A stretch of 63,155 nucleotides of DNA, the filler included, from Octopus bimaculoides (taxonomy: Eukaryota): the NCBI RefSeq assembly GCF_001194135.2. It is 6 parts of 6 records of this genome, joined end to end, with 100 filler letters (N's around TTAATTAATTAA, not from the genome) between each part and the next. Parts side by side here need not be neighbours in the genome. Positions count along the whole stretch, not along the records: positions 11,722 to 16,714 come from NC_068988.1; positions 16,815 to 46,098 come from NC_068990.1; 4 more parts are not named here. One strand, written 5' to 3'. The stretch's first letter is position 1. The number at the start of each line of letters is the position of its first letter. The notes under the pieces were generated by a model. It was not told the DNA's origin, did not search any database, and saw nothing but the letters and a program-made list of their open reading frames with translations. Positions 11,622-22,636 of this stretch are shown piece by piece. The position numbers were made by a program, and so were the translations under genes.

Positions 11622-11721
11622 NNNNNNNNNNNNNNNNNNNNNNNNNNNNNNNNNNNNNNNNNNNNTTAATTAATTAANNNNNNNNNNNNNNNNNNNNNNN
11701 NNNNNNNNNNNNNNNNNNNNN
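11622..11721. other. Artificial 100-bp join: 44 N + TTAATTAATTAA + 44 N (also 16715-16814, 46099-46198, 58321-58420, 61282-61381)
   Basis: Identical geometry five times; the 12-mer puts stop codons in all six frames. Confidence 0.95.
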
Positions 11722-11885
11722 GCTTCTACTGCCGCTGCTGCTTCTACTGCCGCTGCTGCTCCTACTGCCGCTGCTTCTCCTACTGCCGCTGCTTCTCCTA
11801 CTGCCGCTGCTGCTTCTACTGCCGCTGCTGCTTCTACTGCCGCTGCTGCTTCTACTGCCACTGCTGCTTCTACTGCCGCTGCTGC
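11722..11885. repeat. 18-bp minisatellite (gcttctactgccgctgct)n, followed by (AGC)/(AGT) repeats to about 12500
   Basis: Directly visible; it yields the AVEAAA ORF. Confidence 0.9.
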
Positions 11886-12057
11886 TGCTTTCGTTACAAC
11901 AGTAACTGCTGCTGCTGCCGCTGCTGTTCTTTTGGATTAGTGCTGCCTCATGTTAAACCAACGATGTCTACCGCTGCCATCATCGCACACATCTAACTAT
12001 GTTATGGTGAGTACCAACTAATACAATACTAGCAGCAGCAGATACAGCAGCAGCTGC

Positions 12058-12130
<73 letters not shown>

Positions 12131-12608
12131 ACAACAGCTGTAGTAACGGCAGCAGCATTATGTACTAGTATGCAGCCTTACGCATATAAGTAGCAGCAGC
12201 AGCAGTAGTTGTAGTAATGGTGGAGGTGGTGGTGGTGGTGGTGGTATCATTACCAGCAGCAGCAGCAGCAACAGTAGTAGTAATAGTAGTTGTACAAGTA
12301 GTAGAGTAGTAGTAGTAGTAGCAGTAGTAGTAGTAATGGTGGTGGTGGTAGTAGTTACGACTATTGTTGGTGTTGTTGTTTAGTATTCCTACAGCAGCAG
12401 CAGTTGTAATTAGTCTACTACTTACAGCTACAATTTACTGCACACCTCGTACCGGTACCGCTGCAGCTCTAACTATTGCTACCACTTCTACTACCGCCAC
12501 TGCTAAATAGGCTTTGCCATTTCCATTGCCATAACATGGCGGTGAGAGGCAAACACTTCCGGTAAGAGCTTCTGCTAATCTTATCAACATGTCTTAGGAT
12601 ATCAACAC

Positions 12609-12700
<92 letters not shown>

Positions 12701-12804
12701 TCATCATCATCATCATTATAAACACCATCATCATCATCATCATCATCATCATCGTCGTCGTCGTCGTCGTCATCATCATCATCATCATCATCATCATTAT
12801 CAAT

Positions 12805-13220
12805 ATCCCTTTCTACACTAGGCACAAGGCCTGAAATTTTTTGGGGATGGGGTAAGTCGATTACATCGACCCCAGTGTTTCACCNNNNNNNNNNNNNNCA
12901 TCATCATCATCATCATCATCATCATCGTCGTCGTCGTCGTCGTCATCATCATCATCATCATCATCATCATTATCAATATCCCTTTCTACACTAGGCACAA
13001 GGCCTGAAATTTTTTGGGGATGGGGTAAGTCGATTACATCGACCCCAGTGTTTCACCGGTACTTCATTTATCGACGCCCCCCCCACCACCACCACCACCA
13101 CCGAAAGGATGAAAGGCAAAAGTCGACCCCAGCGGCATTTGAACTCAGAACACGAAGTTCAGACGAAACACCACTAAGCATTTCGCCCGGCGTGCTAACG
13201 ATTCTGCCAGCTCGCCGCCT
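12805..13220 (-). mobile_element. SINE family B (B1 tail) with (GAT)n tail; the tail part is duplicated across the gap at 12885-12898
   Basis: Full copy at 12980-13220 with a (CAC)n expansion inside; 12727-12884 is identical to 12899-13057. Confidence 0.9.
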
Positions 13221-13509
13221 TACATCATCGCCAATATCAACATTACCATCACCACCACCACAACGGTTTCTACCACCACCAACACGACCATCCTCCGTCA
13301 TCATCGTCGTCGTCGTCATCACCATCATCATCATCACCACTACAACTATCATTATCCTCATCATCATCCATTATCCATTACACAATTACTACCATCACCA
13401 ACACTATCCTTCATTACCATCATCATCATCATCATTAATTAAAAGAAGAATCCTCAGACTCAAAGGGAACATCTACGCCTTCTCACGACTTGCTAGAAAT
13501 AGCAACCAG

Positions 13510-13801
13510 AATAGAGTAAAAGAGTAAAGACCCCATTCGGTCTTGAATAACCATGGGATTGCACCTAGAAAGCTACCCTCCGAGGCACAAGTCTGTTTAT
13601 GGAAGACCAGCAGTCACCCATGCATACCAGCTTCCCCTCTTCATGCCAATGATGTTATCCAAGAGAAAGGCAAAGCCCGATACAACTTGGCACCAGTGAT
13701 GAGTCTTGCTCAAGAATACAACTCAGCCTGGCCTGAGAATCGAACTCACTGCCTGTTGATCGTGAGTCCGACGCTCTAACCACTGATCCATGCGCCTTCA
13801 C
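13510..13801 (-). mobile_element. tRNA-derived SINE family E
   Basis: Reverse strand reads gtgaaggcgcatggatcagtggttagagcgtcggactcacgatc...gagttcgattc (A and B boxes), a head similar to families C and D, and a (TACTCTT)n tail. Confidence 0.75.
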
Positions 13802-13824
13802 ATACTCAGAATAAGAATTTCGAA

Positions 13825-13989
13825 TGAGGACAACCTTTGTCTTTTCCCTCACCACGTGTGATGGAAACCCTTTAAAAATGCAAAGGAAATAGCCCTTCCT
13901 ACACAGACAGACTAAGACAGAGAAATTTCCATTGCCCTTTTTCAGGGCCTCCGTCACACGTGGTGAGGAAAAACACAAAGTTGTCCTCA
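13825..13989. repeat. Imperfect fold-back (arms 13825-13890 / 13925-13989), MITE-like
   Basis: tgaggacaacctttgtcttttccctcaccacgtgtga... pairs with ...tcacacgtggtgaggaaaaacacaaagttgtcctca. Confidence 0.85.
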
Positions 13990-14814
13990 CTCAGAATAGA
14001 GACTTTACCCAAATACTTGTTTCAAAGGGAGCACTTTACTCTGTTCCAGAGGTTGTCAAGGTGGGCGCTACCCCCCCCCCCCCCNNNNNNNNNNNNNNNN
14101 NNNNNNNNNNNNNNNNNNNNNNNNNNNNNNNNNNNNNNNNNNNNNNNNNNNNNNNNNNNNNNNNNNNNNNNNNNNNNNNNNNNNNNNNNNNNNNNNNNNN
14201 NNNNNNNNNNNNNNNNNNNNNNNNNNNNNNNNNNNNNNNNNNNNNNNNNNNNNNNNNNNNNNNNNNNNNNNNNNNNNNNNNNNNNNNNNNNNNNNNNNNN
14301 NNNNNNNNNNNNNNNNNNNNNNNNNNNNNNNNNNNNNNNNNNNNNNNNNNNNNNNNNNNNNNNNNNNNNNNNNNNNNNNNNNNNNNNNNNNNNNNNNNNN
14401 NNNNNNNNNNNNNNNNNNNNNNNNNNNNNNNNNNNNNNNNNNNNNNNNNNNNNNNNNNNNNNNNNNNNNNNNNNNNNNNNNNNNNNNNNNNNNNNNNNNN
14501 NNNNNNNNNNNNNNNNNNNNNNNNNNNNNNNNNNNNNNNNNNNNNNNNNNNNNNNNNNNNNNNNNNNNNNNNNNNNNNNNNNNNNNNNNNNNNNNNNNNN
14601 NNNNNNNNNNNNNNNNNNNNNNGAATGGACGTCAGTGATTGGTTGAAATTACAGAAATACGACAACTTTAACATGGAATAATTTATGGATTTCTTTCTTT
14701 TTTAAGAAGACTAAAAGAAAAAGATGTTTTATATGACACATTCTACCAGTGTTCCAAGTTTCAAAGTGTTTCGTTAATGAAAAATGTGGCCCCCGTTTTA
14801 AAAAAGATCCCATC

Positions 14815-14962
14815 CTTTTATTCGTTTCAGTAATTTTATTTTGGTCATGCTAGAGCACCGCTTTTAGTCGAACAAATCTTTGTAAGTCTATTACTTATTC
14901 TATCAGTCTCTTTTGCCGAACTGCTAAGTTACGGGGACGTAAACACACTAACATCGGTCAAG
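14815..14962 (-). mobile_element. SINE family A, 3' part
   Basis: gagcaccgcttttagtcgaacaaatc...gccgaactgctaagttacggggacgtaaacacac. Confidence 0.85.
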
Positions 14963-14987
14963 CTTCTTCCTTCAAATCACACCCAAT

Positions 14988-15195
14988 TGTTTCAAATTTT
15001 GGCACTAGGCCAGCAATTTCAGGGCAGGGGAAAGTCGATTACATCGACCCCAGTAATCAGTTGGTACTTATTCTATCGAAAGGATGAAAGGCAAAGTTGA
15101 CCCCAGCGGAATTTGAACTCAAAATGTTAAGACGAGTAAAAATGCCGCTTAGTATTTTGACCGGTGTGCTAACGATTCTGCCAGCTCGCTACCTT
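14988..15195 (-). mobile_element. SINE family B (B2 tail)
   Basis: Colinear with the other family B copies. Confidence 0.9.
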
Positions 15196-15739
15196 CCCCT
15201 TGTCTTAGATATCAAAACAATTTTTTTTAAAATCAGGTTGGTCAGGGCTGGAACGCTTTTGATTTGAAACCTGATCAACGAGAGTTAAAATTTGGTGAAA
15301 TAACAACAATACTTGCAAAAGCAGCAGCTCTACTTCAATCATTGCGCTGACCTTAATTCTACATAATTATTCAAAAAAATTCAACCATGCTAACATTCCT
15401 TCTCGTGAACTTTACGGATTACCCTTGTGATGAAAGATAAAAGACAAATGACATCACGAGCCACGTGACCAGTTTATGACGTCAGGTGCCGTTCAAAATA
15501 ATTCAGATGTCGTCTGATATTTCTCTCAACTTATATATTATGACATTTCATCCAGTCATTCTAAGCTCCACGAAATATTCAGCTCGGATTCTGTAATTTT
15601 TGATTACTCCACACACATATGTAATAGTTTTATACGAGGCATCGGTTAGCTACGGCGCTGAGGCCGCATTTGGTTCCTAATGATTCTGTTTAATGGCATG
15701 CATTACGTCGTGTTCTCATTTTCATTCCTTTCAGCTATT

Positions 15740-15951
15740 CTTTTCTACTCTAGGCACAAGGTCCGAAATTTTGGGGGAAGGAGCTAGTCGATAAGATCGA
15801 CCCCAGTACGCAACTGGTACTTAATTTATCGACCCCGAAAGGATGAAAGGTAAAGTCGACCTCGGCGGAATTTGAACTCAGAATGTAAAGACAGACGAAA
15901 TACCGATATGCATTTCGCCCAGCATTTTAACGATTCTACCAGCTCGCTGCC
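15740..15951 (-). mobile_element. SINE family B (B1 tail) with 19-bp TSD
   Basis: ttcattcctttcagctatt at 15721-15739 and 15952-15970. Confidence 0.93.
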
Positions 15952-16314
15952 TTCATTCCTTTCAGCTATTTTCGATTTACTGCTGAATAAAGCCACACAA
16001 TATGACTTTGTCGGTTTATCGAGACCACATATAGGCATAACTGTCCGCACCGACCACTTATAGAGTTGACCGGTTTGGTCTAATTATAATATTATTAGTC
16101 TTGTTCATTGATACCACGAAGGAATCTCAACTCAGACAGTAAAAATTCAGGGCAGATTCACCGCCCTGAACTACTAAATTTATTTATGGGACCATTAAAT
16201 GATGACTGGGGAGATGTTGACTAGAGTGGAATTTGAACTCAGTATCCAGAGAGCCGGTATGAATAACCACAAGATGATGTAGCGACTCTGCCAATTTGCC
16301 ATCTACCACATTTA

Positions 16315-16563
16315 AATGCGCCCTTGTAAAGCCTAGTCAGGCTCAAGGGCCCGGTTTCCCGGTTTCAATGGCGTATGTGTTCCCCAGCACGACGGGACGA
16401 CAGTTCATCGCAGCGTTACTCATTTTTGCCAGCTGAGTGGACTGGAGCAACGTTAAATGAAGTGTTTTGCTCAAGAATACAACGCGTCGCCCGGTCCAGG
16501 AATCGAAACCACATTCTTGCGATCATGGTACTAACACCCTAACCACTAAACCACGCGCCTCCA
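16315..16563 (-). mobile_element. tRNA-derived SINE family D with 12-bp TSD
   Basis: Reverse strand has an A box (tggtttagtggttag) and a B box (ggtttcgattcc), then gcgatgaactgtcgtcccgt (V-domain-like, as I recall it). TSD ctaccac(a/g)ttta at 16303-16314 and 16564-16575. Confidence 0.85.
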
Positions 16564-16814
16564 CTACCACGTTTATATAGGCGTACCATTTTACGAAAGT
16601 ATGTCGTCTGACAAGTTATTTTAAACAATTTCGTTTCTGTGTTTCGGGTCATTTAATCACGGTTTCTCCTCATTCAAACTTTTAAGATTTACTGAATATA
16701 ATGAATGATGATAANNNNNNNNNNNNNNNNNNNNNNNNNNNNNNNNNNNNNNNNNNNNTTAATTAATTAANNNNNNNNNNNNNNNNNNNNNNNNNNNNNN
16801 NNNNNNNNNNNNNN

Positions 16815-17512
16815 CATTCGCCATATCGCGCTTCACGTTTCGCGTCCTCAGTACATCGCGGATTTTTCTAACATATGTAAGTTTATATTGCGGATTTCTC
16901 AGTATATTGCGGGTTTCTGCGGCCGATTGGTATTTATGTTTTAGATTTTAATTACTTCCGTGGTAGAATAAGCATTTTCACGCCTAAAACTTAATAAATT
17001 AACAAATGAAAATAGAGTACAGTACTGCACTGTATAATACATTAATTAAAATATATTAAAAGGAAATACATAATGTACCGTAAATGATTAAACAAAAAAT
17101 CGCACATACTGTATGGAAAACGAAACTCGGGAGGCGAGTGTGTGGTGTTGTTTTGCATTTGTGTGTAAAATTGTGAATTTATTTCAAGCCTTACGATATC
17201 ACCCAAACGTTCTGCAGCTTCTAAAGTTTCTGGCAATGAACTCAAGCGCCAAAGGAGGATGCTTACTATAGCAGAGAAGGTGAGACTCCTCGACATGCTT
17301 AAAGAAGGGAGAAGGTATGTGGATGTAGCCCGCAAATACAGCATCAATGAATCTACCGTTCGCTACATCAAGAAGGACGAAAAAATATAAGGGCGACAGC
17401 AAATGTAACTTTTAACAAGACAGCGAAAAGGGTGGAAACTTCCAGCAATAAGGCCATCGTTAGGATGGAGTGTGCATTAGCCCTTTGGATCAAGTGTTTG
17501 TAGAAAATGAAC
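16815..17512 (+). mobile_element. Tigger/pogo DNA transposon relic: subterminal region plus transposase N-terminus
   Basis: From 17196: (I)SPKRSAASKVSGNELKRQRRMLTIAEKVRLLDMLKEGRRYVDVARKYSINESTVRYIKKDEK, frameshift, IRATA...MECALALWIKCL. This is a CENP-B/psq HTH typical of Tigger transposases. Confidence 0.85.
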
Positions 17513-17599
17513 ACATAATTAAGTTTATAACCTTTTGTACGTTTCCCACTACGTCCGTGCATTAGTGTCACGTGACAGTATATTTTGCGCTTAAAAAGG

Positions 17600-19255
17600 A
17601 GGCCGACACGGTTGAATGAACATGTTTAGTTGTAATCGAAGCACTCCGGATTTAATTCTGGTAAGAGCATATGTGTAGTCCAATGGCTAAAATTTAGGTT
17701 CTTAGCCGTGCAGTTTTTCATGATAAGTGGCAGAATGAATTTTGTATGTGAATAGTTATTTGTGTATGTACTCTGTTAATGTTTGTTAAGCTTAGGTTTA
17801 TACTTTTGTATGAAAGTATTTTCTTTCTTTATCCGTATTTCATATGTGGTATTCGCTCAACATAGGTAGAGTGGGAAAACCTGGAATTTGGGAGATTTAT
17901 TTTTTGCATATATGTCTATGTGACCACTCAGTGGAATCTGTCTAGTACTGGGGTCTCGAATTTGTCATCGATGAATGGTAAGTCTATTTCTTTGAGTAAG
18001 CTTTGTTTGACCTATGTAATCTTCATTACATCCTTGTCATTTGATTGCGTATATCAAATTCCTTGAAGAACATGTAGAGTGGCTTTTTACGGTAAAAGTC
18101 TGTCCTTATTTGAATTTCTATGTTGTATCTTCAATAAGGTTGATGCAGGCCCCGCAATTTTTGACTGTTGGTGTAGGAATTGTTGAAGGTAACTTAGCAC
18201 TTGTGAAGAATTTTTGAGGGATTTTGATTGTCTTCTACTTTTGATTATTTTGTGTATTTCGAATGCTTATTTCATTCTTGAGTCTTGTTTTAGTAGTGAG
18301 GTGTTTTGGTGGATAATATTGTAAACCTCTGTGTTTCTTGGGTTGTGTGTTGTAATAAAGGGTAGATTATTGGAAGTATCTGCAGCGTTTTTCGTAGTTC
18401 TTCGATATTTATTGCTTTGGCACGTTCTATTCCGTTGTCTATTAGCATTAATGGATATTGTCTTTTAAGTAGTACTTACTTTAGTTCCTGGAGTCTTTTA
18501 TTGCGAGTTTCCGGGTTTGAGACAATTGTGCAGATTATTTTTGCTAGATTAAAGGGGATATTATTCTTTGTGTGTTTGGGATGGCATAAGGAGAATAGTA
18601 AGTATTGTTTAGAATCTGTTTGTTTGTAGTGAATATCTGTTTTAATGATTTTATCTCTTTTAATGATTAGCATATCCAGGAATGGTAGTTGAATTTTACT
18701 GTACTCCATGGTAAAGTTAATACTATTGTTTATGCTGTTGATTGGATTTTTGAAATCAATAAGTTGTTCAAATGTGTACACCCATAGGATTAGGCAGTCA
18801 TCTAAGTAACGTTTCCAGTTTTCTAGTAAATATTTATTCAAGTCATATATAAATTTAGATTGTTCATATATCTGGACCTCCATATATGCCATGACTAGAT
18901 TGGCGTACGTCGGAGCAACTTTTGTCACCATAGCAGTCCCAGATATTGTTTTGTAAATGTTGCCACCGAGGTCAAAAAAGCTGTTTTATAGGATAAACTT
19001 TAATCTTTTGAGTGATGAAAACCTTTTCAATTCTGTCCGGAATTTCATGGGTGAATTTCTCAAGCCAGAAATTTATTAGCTCTAGTCCATATTGGTGTGG
19101 GATTGTGGTTTTACCGCATCATAAGATTGAATAGTGGTATCATTGTTTTTGGATTTGTAGGGTGGTTTAACAGGTCTAGGTCGTTCCTCACAAGACTTGG
19201 GGAACCTACAAATATTTCTGACCAGTCACGTGACTATCCTCTACCAATCAAATCC
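17600..19255 (-). mobile_element. Decayed Penelope-like element (RT, thumb and start of GIY-YIG linker)
   Basis: SYDA (motif A), IPHQYGLELI, ISGTAMVTKVAPTYANL, WKRYLDDCLILW, LPFLD, HYKQTDSKQYLLFSLCHPKHTKNNIPFNL, and near 17700 MKNCTAKNL. Multiple frameshifts. Confidence 0.9.
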
Positions 19256-19740
19256 TATTCAAAACGTATAGTAATTTGAGCCATGTACCCAAATTCAAGA
19301 CAGCTGCGACATAAGCTACGTCTTTCTATTTGAACTTTTGGAAAATTAGTGTAAACTGTGAAACCGGTTAAAGCTTCAAATATATTAATAAAAAATATTC
19401 TAACCATTCTCAGTGCATTTTCAACTTCTATATAATGCAAAGTATATAATTTTATAAATATAATTATAAAATTATAAGAAGAGTAATTAGAAGGTAATGC
19501 CACCTGTTAGAAGAAGACACCATATGGCTCTAAACTACTTTATCTATCACATAGACACGCGCTGAAAGCGTAGGATCAAACAAACAAGATTTTTTTTAAA
19601 GTTTAGTCATAGAATAGTGGTATCATTGCTTATGGATTTGTGGGGGTGGTTTAACAGGTCTAGGACGTCCCACACAAGACTTGGGGAACCTACAAATATT
19701 TCTAAGACCAGTCACGTTACTATCCTCTACCAATCAAATC
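19130..19740. repeat. Diverged ~125-bp direct repeat (19130-19254 / 19612-19740) at the 5' side of the Penelope relic
   Basis: gaatagtggtatcattg...acaggtctagg...gacttggggaacctacaaatatttct...ctatcctctaccaatcaaatc occurs twice. Confidence 0.9.
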
Positions 19741-19741
19741 A

Positions 19742-21157
19742 TAGGCGCAGGAGTGGCTGTGTGGTAAGTAGCTCATAGGCGTAGGAGTGGCTGTGTGGTA
19801 AGTAGCTTGCCTACCCTTGACTTCCGGTCTTGCGCGTTCGCTACTTTCTGTAGACCCGAGGAGCAGAGTGGACGGGTGTTTTTCAACTCCGTCCAAGATT
19901 GAACTATTGAGAAGTCAGCCGAGGTAGGTGGAATTGTTTTTTGAGCTGGGTGTAATTTATTGTGTTTTAATTTTTTTCAGTAGATTTCGCCCAGCTCTTG
20001 GGCAGTTTTGCTTGCTTTCGGCGACTTAAGTTGTTGCTCACTTTGCGAGCCAAAATTGTTTCTCGTTCGTCGTTATTGGTGGGCATATTCGAGTCACCAT
20101 AACGGCGGACTGAGAATTTTTTGTGAAAACTTTTTGTGTCTCACTTAATTGCGAGAACTGACGTTTTTGTGGGCGTATCTCGCCTCCGAAAAACTTGTGA
20201 AATTTTGGAAAATTCTAACAATTTGTGAAGGATTTTTTTGTGTTCCTGCTGCTGTGGCCCTGGATTACCTTTTTGGAGTACCTTAACTGGAATACCTTTA
20301 TTTTGGAGTACCTTTATTGGAATGCCTGTAGGCCAGGATTACCGGGTGGCCGGAATTTTGTTGCTGTGACTTGAACTGTCTTCCTTCCTTCTTTTTCTCT
20401 GCTCTGTCTATCTGTTCTTTTTGTATTTAGTTCTTTTTGTGAACTTTTTTGTTGAACATTTTGAACTTTTTTTTTGCAAGCATGGCAAAAAAAGGTAACA
20501 CTGTGTTGGAGTGAGAGCTTGTCCTACCCCAAAAGTGTCTGGAAGACCTAGAGATTGCAACCTCATAAGTGTTTTTTAAATGAAAAAAAAAAGAACAATG
20601 TTTTCGAGGGGTTATCAGTCGGCAGGCGCTGGTGCCTCTCTCATTATTTGTTTCATCCTTATCACCCTAATCTCATTAATGTCCATGTCCAGCCCGCAGC
20701 TAATTTATGTCTGTCTGTCTTTGTTTGTCCCCTGTATGTAACGCCGTTAATGACGAATTTATTGAAATAAAGTAGCTTGCTTACCAACCACATGGTTCCG
20801 GGTTCAGTCCCACTGCGTGGCACCTTGAGCAAGTGTCTTGTACTATAGCCTCGGGCTGACCAAAGCCTTGTGAGTAGATTTGGTAAACGGAAACTGAAAG
20901 AAGCCCGTCGTATATATGTATATGTATATATATATGTGTGTGTATTTGTGTGCTTCTGTTTGTCCCCCCAACATCGCTTGACAACCGATGCTGGTGTGTT
21001 TACGTCCCCGTAACTTAACGGTTCGGCAAAAGATACCGATAGAATAAGTACTAGGCTTACAAAGAAGAAGTCTTGGGGTTGATTTGCTCGACTAACGGTG
21101 GTGCTCCAGCATAGCTGCAGTCAAATGACTGAAACAAGTAAAAGAGTAAAATAGTAT
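19742..21157 (+). mobile_element. SINE family A, full length, with duplicated head and a ~955-bp insertion
   Basis: Head at 19742-19815, resumes at 20771 (agtagcttgcttaccaaccacatggttccggg...), ends aaacaagtaaaagagtaaaatagta. Confidence 0.92.
19816..20770 (+). mobile_element. Non-autonomous LINE-like retroelement with 16-bp TSD
   Basis: TSD aagtagcttgc(c/t)tacc at 19800-19815 and 20770-20785. CpG-rich 5' end starting cttgacttccggt, internal ~31-bp repeat, short ORF start ATG at 20482 (MAKKGNTVLE*), 3' end ttgaaataa. Confidence 0.75.
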
Positions 21158-21354
21158 ATATCGATCGATTTCAGATTTAGTAATATAATACACTCTATCA
21201 TTATCAGTATGACATAACCAAAAATACATAATTATAAACATTTATACATACCATACGAAGACAACGTATCCACAGTGCATATAGAAATGTTCATACTTAT
21301 ATACAAGTGAAAAATCTAGTTCGTTCATTTCAGCCATGTGTGAATAATCAAAAG

Positions 21355-21620
21355 GATTCAGTAGTGAATAAATTCTGGTTTAAGTGAATTCATATTTATG
21401 AATTAAAATTAAGGATAAGATCTATGTAGGATTTTATCAAGTAAATGCCCTTATTAGAATTTGATAATTATATTTATAAAATTATATACCTTGTATTAAT
21501 TTTTACCTTAATTGGTTTTTTGCATGCTAGCTATTTGATAAAATCCTATATAGATTTTATCCTTAATTTTAATTGTTGAATGTAAATTCACTTAAACCAG
21601 AATTTATTCACTGCTCAATC
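21355..21620. repeat. AT-rich fold-back element, ~89-bp arms (21355-21443 / 21532-21620)
   Basis: agtgaataaattctggtttaagtgaatt...aattaaaattaaggataa...taggattttatcaa and its reverse complement. Confidence 0.9.
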
Positions 21621-21624
21621 ATAC

Positions 21625-22636
21625 AAGAGGCCGATAACAAGAGGCCTATATGAGCAGAAGATCATGCATAGATATGTTAGTAGAAAGCTCTTAGATGATA
21701 GTAGCATTCATCAGCAAACCAGTCAATCATGGACCAACAACCAGATTACTACCTCCTACTTCGAAGGGTATGCGTTTGCAATCCAGGAACAGGAAATATC
21801 AACCAAATACCTAATATACAAAAGAGACAGAAGATGCAGGAAAAGCAGTAAAATGATGCAGTCTTTGTGGAGTTAACACCTAAGACATTACCCACATCAT
21901 AAACAGTTGTATAATCTACCGATGAGACATGATGTTGTAGCTAGGACACGAGGTCCGTTGTATAACGAGATCCGTTGAATGGATAACCCCGAAGACAAAG
22001 AAATAAGAACCCACAGTAGAGTGGAAGCCATAGCCACTCGCAATAAAAGGGAGTACTAGTGGAATGTCCCAATGAAAACCTCAATAAAATATAATCGCAA
22101 TAGACTTGATATAATGACTTGGGATTGAGAAGAGAAGCTGTGTGCTGTTGTGAAAATCCGCTGCCCAGCGGATGTTAATATAAAGCTGAAGATCAGTGAA
22201 AAAAAAGAAAAAGAATACCTAAGCTGAACTATTGAGAACTCTGCAATTACTCTATCCAGATTACAAGTTCTGGTTTATACCTGTAATTATCGGTGCACTA
22301 GGATATGTAACACACTGCCTAAATATCAATCTTGAGAAATTAGACTTCTGAAAACTAGAAAGGAGAAAGCTGATACGTAGACTACAGATTCAAACCATCA
22401 CTGGAACTGTAAAAATTTATAAAATTCTCCGGAAGTTTATAATTTAAGTATCCTCGAGCATGTTTAGATATGCAAGTATATGCATGGGAAGACATACATA
22501 AAACAAAACATACAAATCATGCATGCATAATAATACCCTGTCGTTGATGCTGAAATTCCAATGAAGGAACCTTGGATCTAGGCTAGAAACCGACTCTTTC
22601 TCTGTTGGCAAGAAATCTTGAAATAAAACTGAATAA
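21625..22636 (+). mobile_element. 5'-truncated R4/Dong-like RLE non-LTR retrotransposon, family X copy 1, followed by (CATA)n
   Basis: SYFEGYAFAIQEQEISTKYLIYKRDR, broken zinc knuckle (C..LCGVNT*DITHII), MRHDVVA, PD-(D/E)xK region (NR(L)DIM..D.EEKLC.VV.I.CPAD), YPDYKF.FIPVIIGALGY, then a 3' UTR ending aaactgaataa. Confidence 0.88.

Noticed and set aside
11670-11861. AVEAAA repeat ORF resembling an antifreeze or elastomeric protein
   Set aside because: An 18-bp minisatellite grading into (AGC)n tracts, running into an artificial join, with no splice or start context.
12727-13057. Exact ~158-bp tandem duplication
   Set aside because: Identical copies flank a 14-N gap, the typical unmerged contig overlap artefact.
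15440-15490. Cluster of TGACATCA, CACGTGAC and TGACGTCA (CRE/E-box-like) motifs
   Set aside because: Short motifs with no linked transcription start or gene; cannot be distinguished from chance.
17535-17570. Hammerhead-like remnant at the Penelope 3' side (ctaatgc...ggacgtagtgg gaaacgta on minus); a similar one near 19505-19540
   Set aside because: The core and stem II are too degenerate to support.
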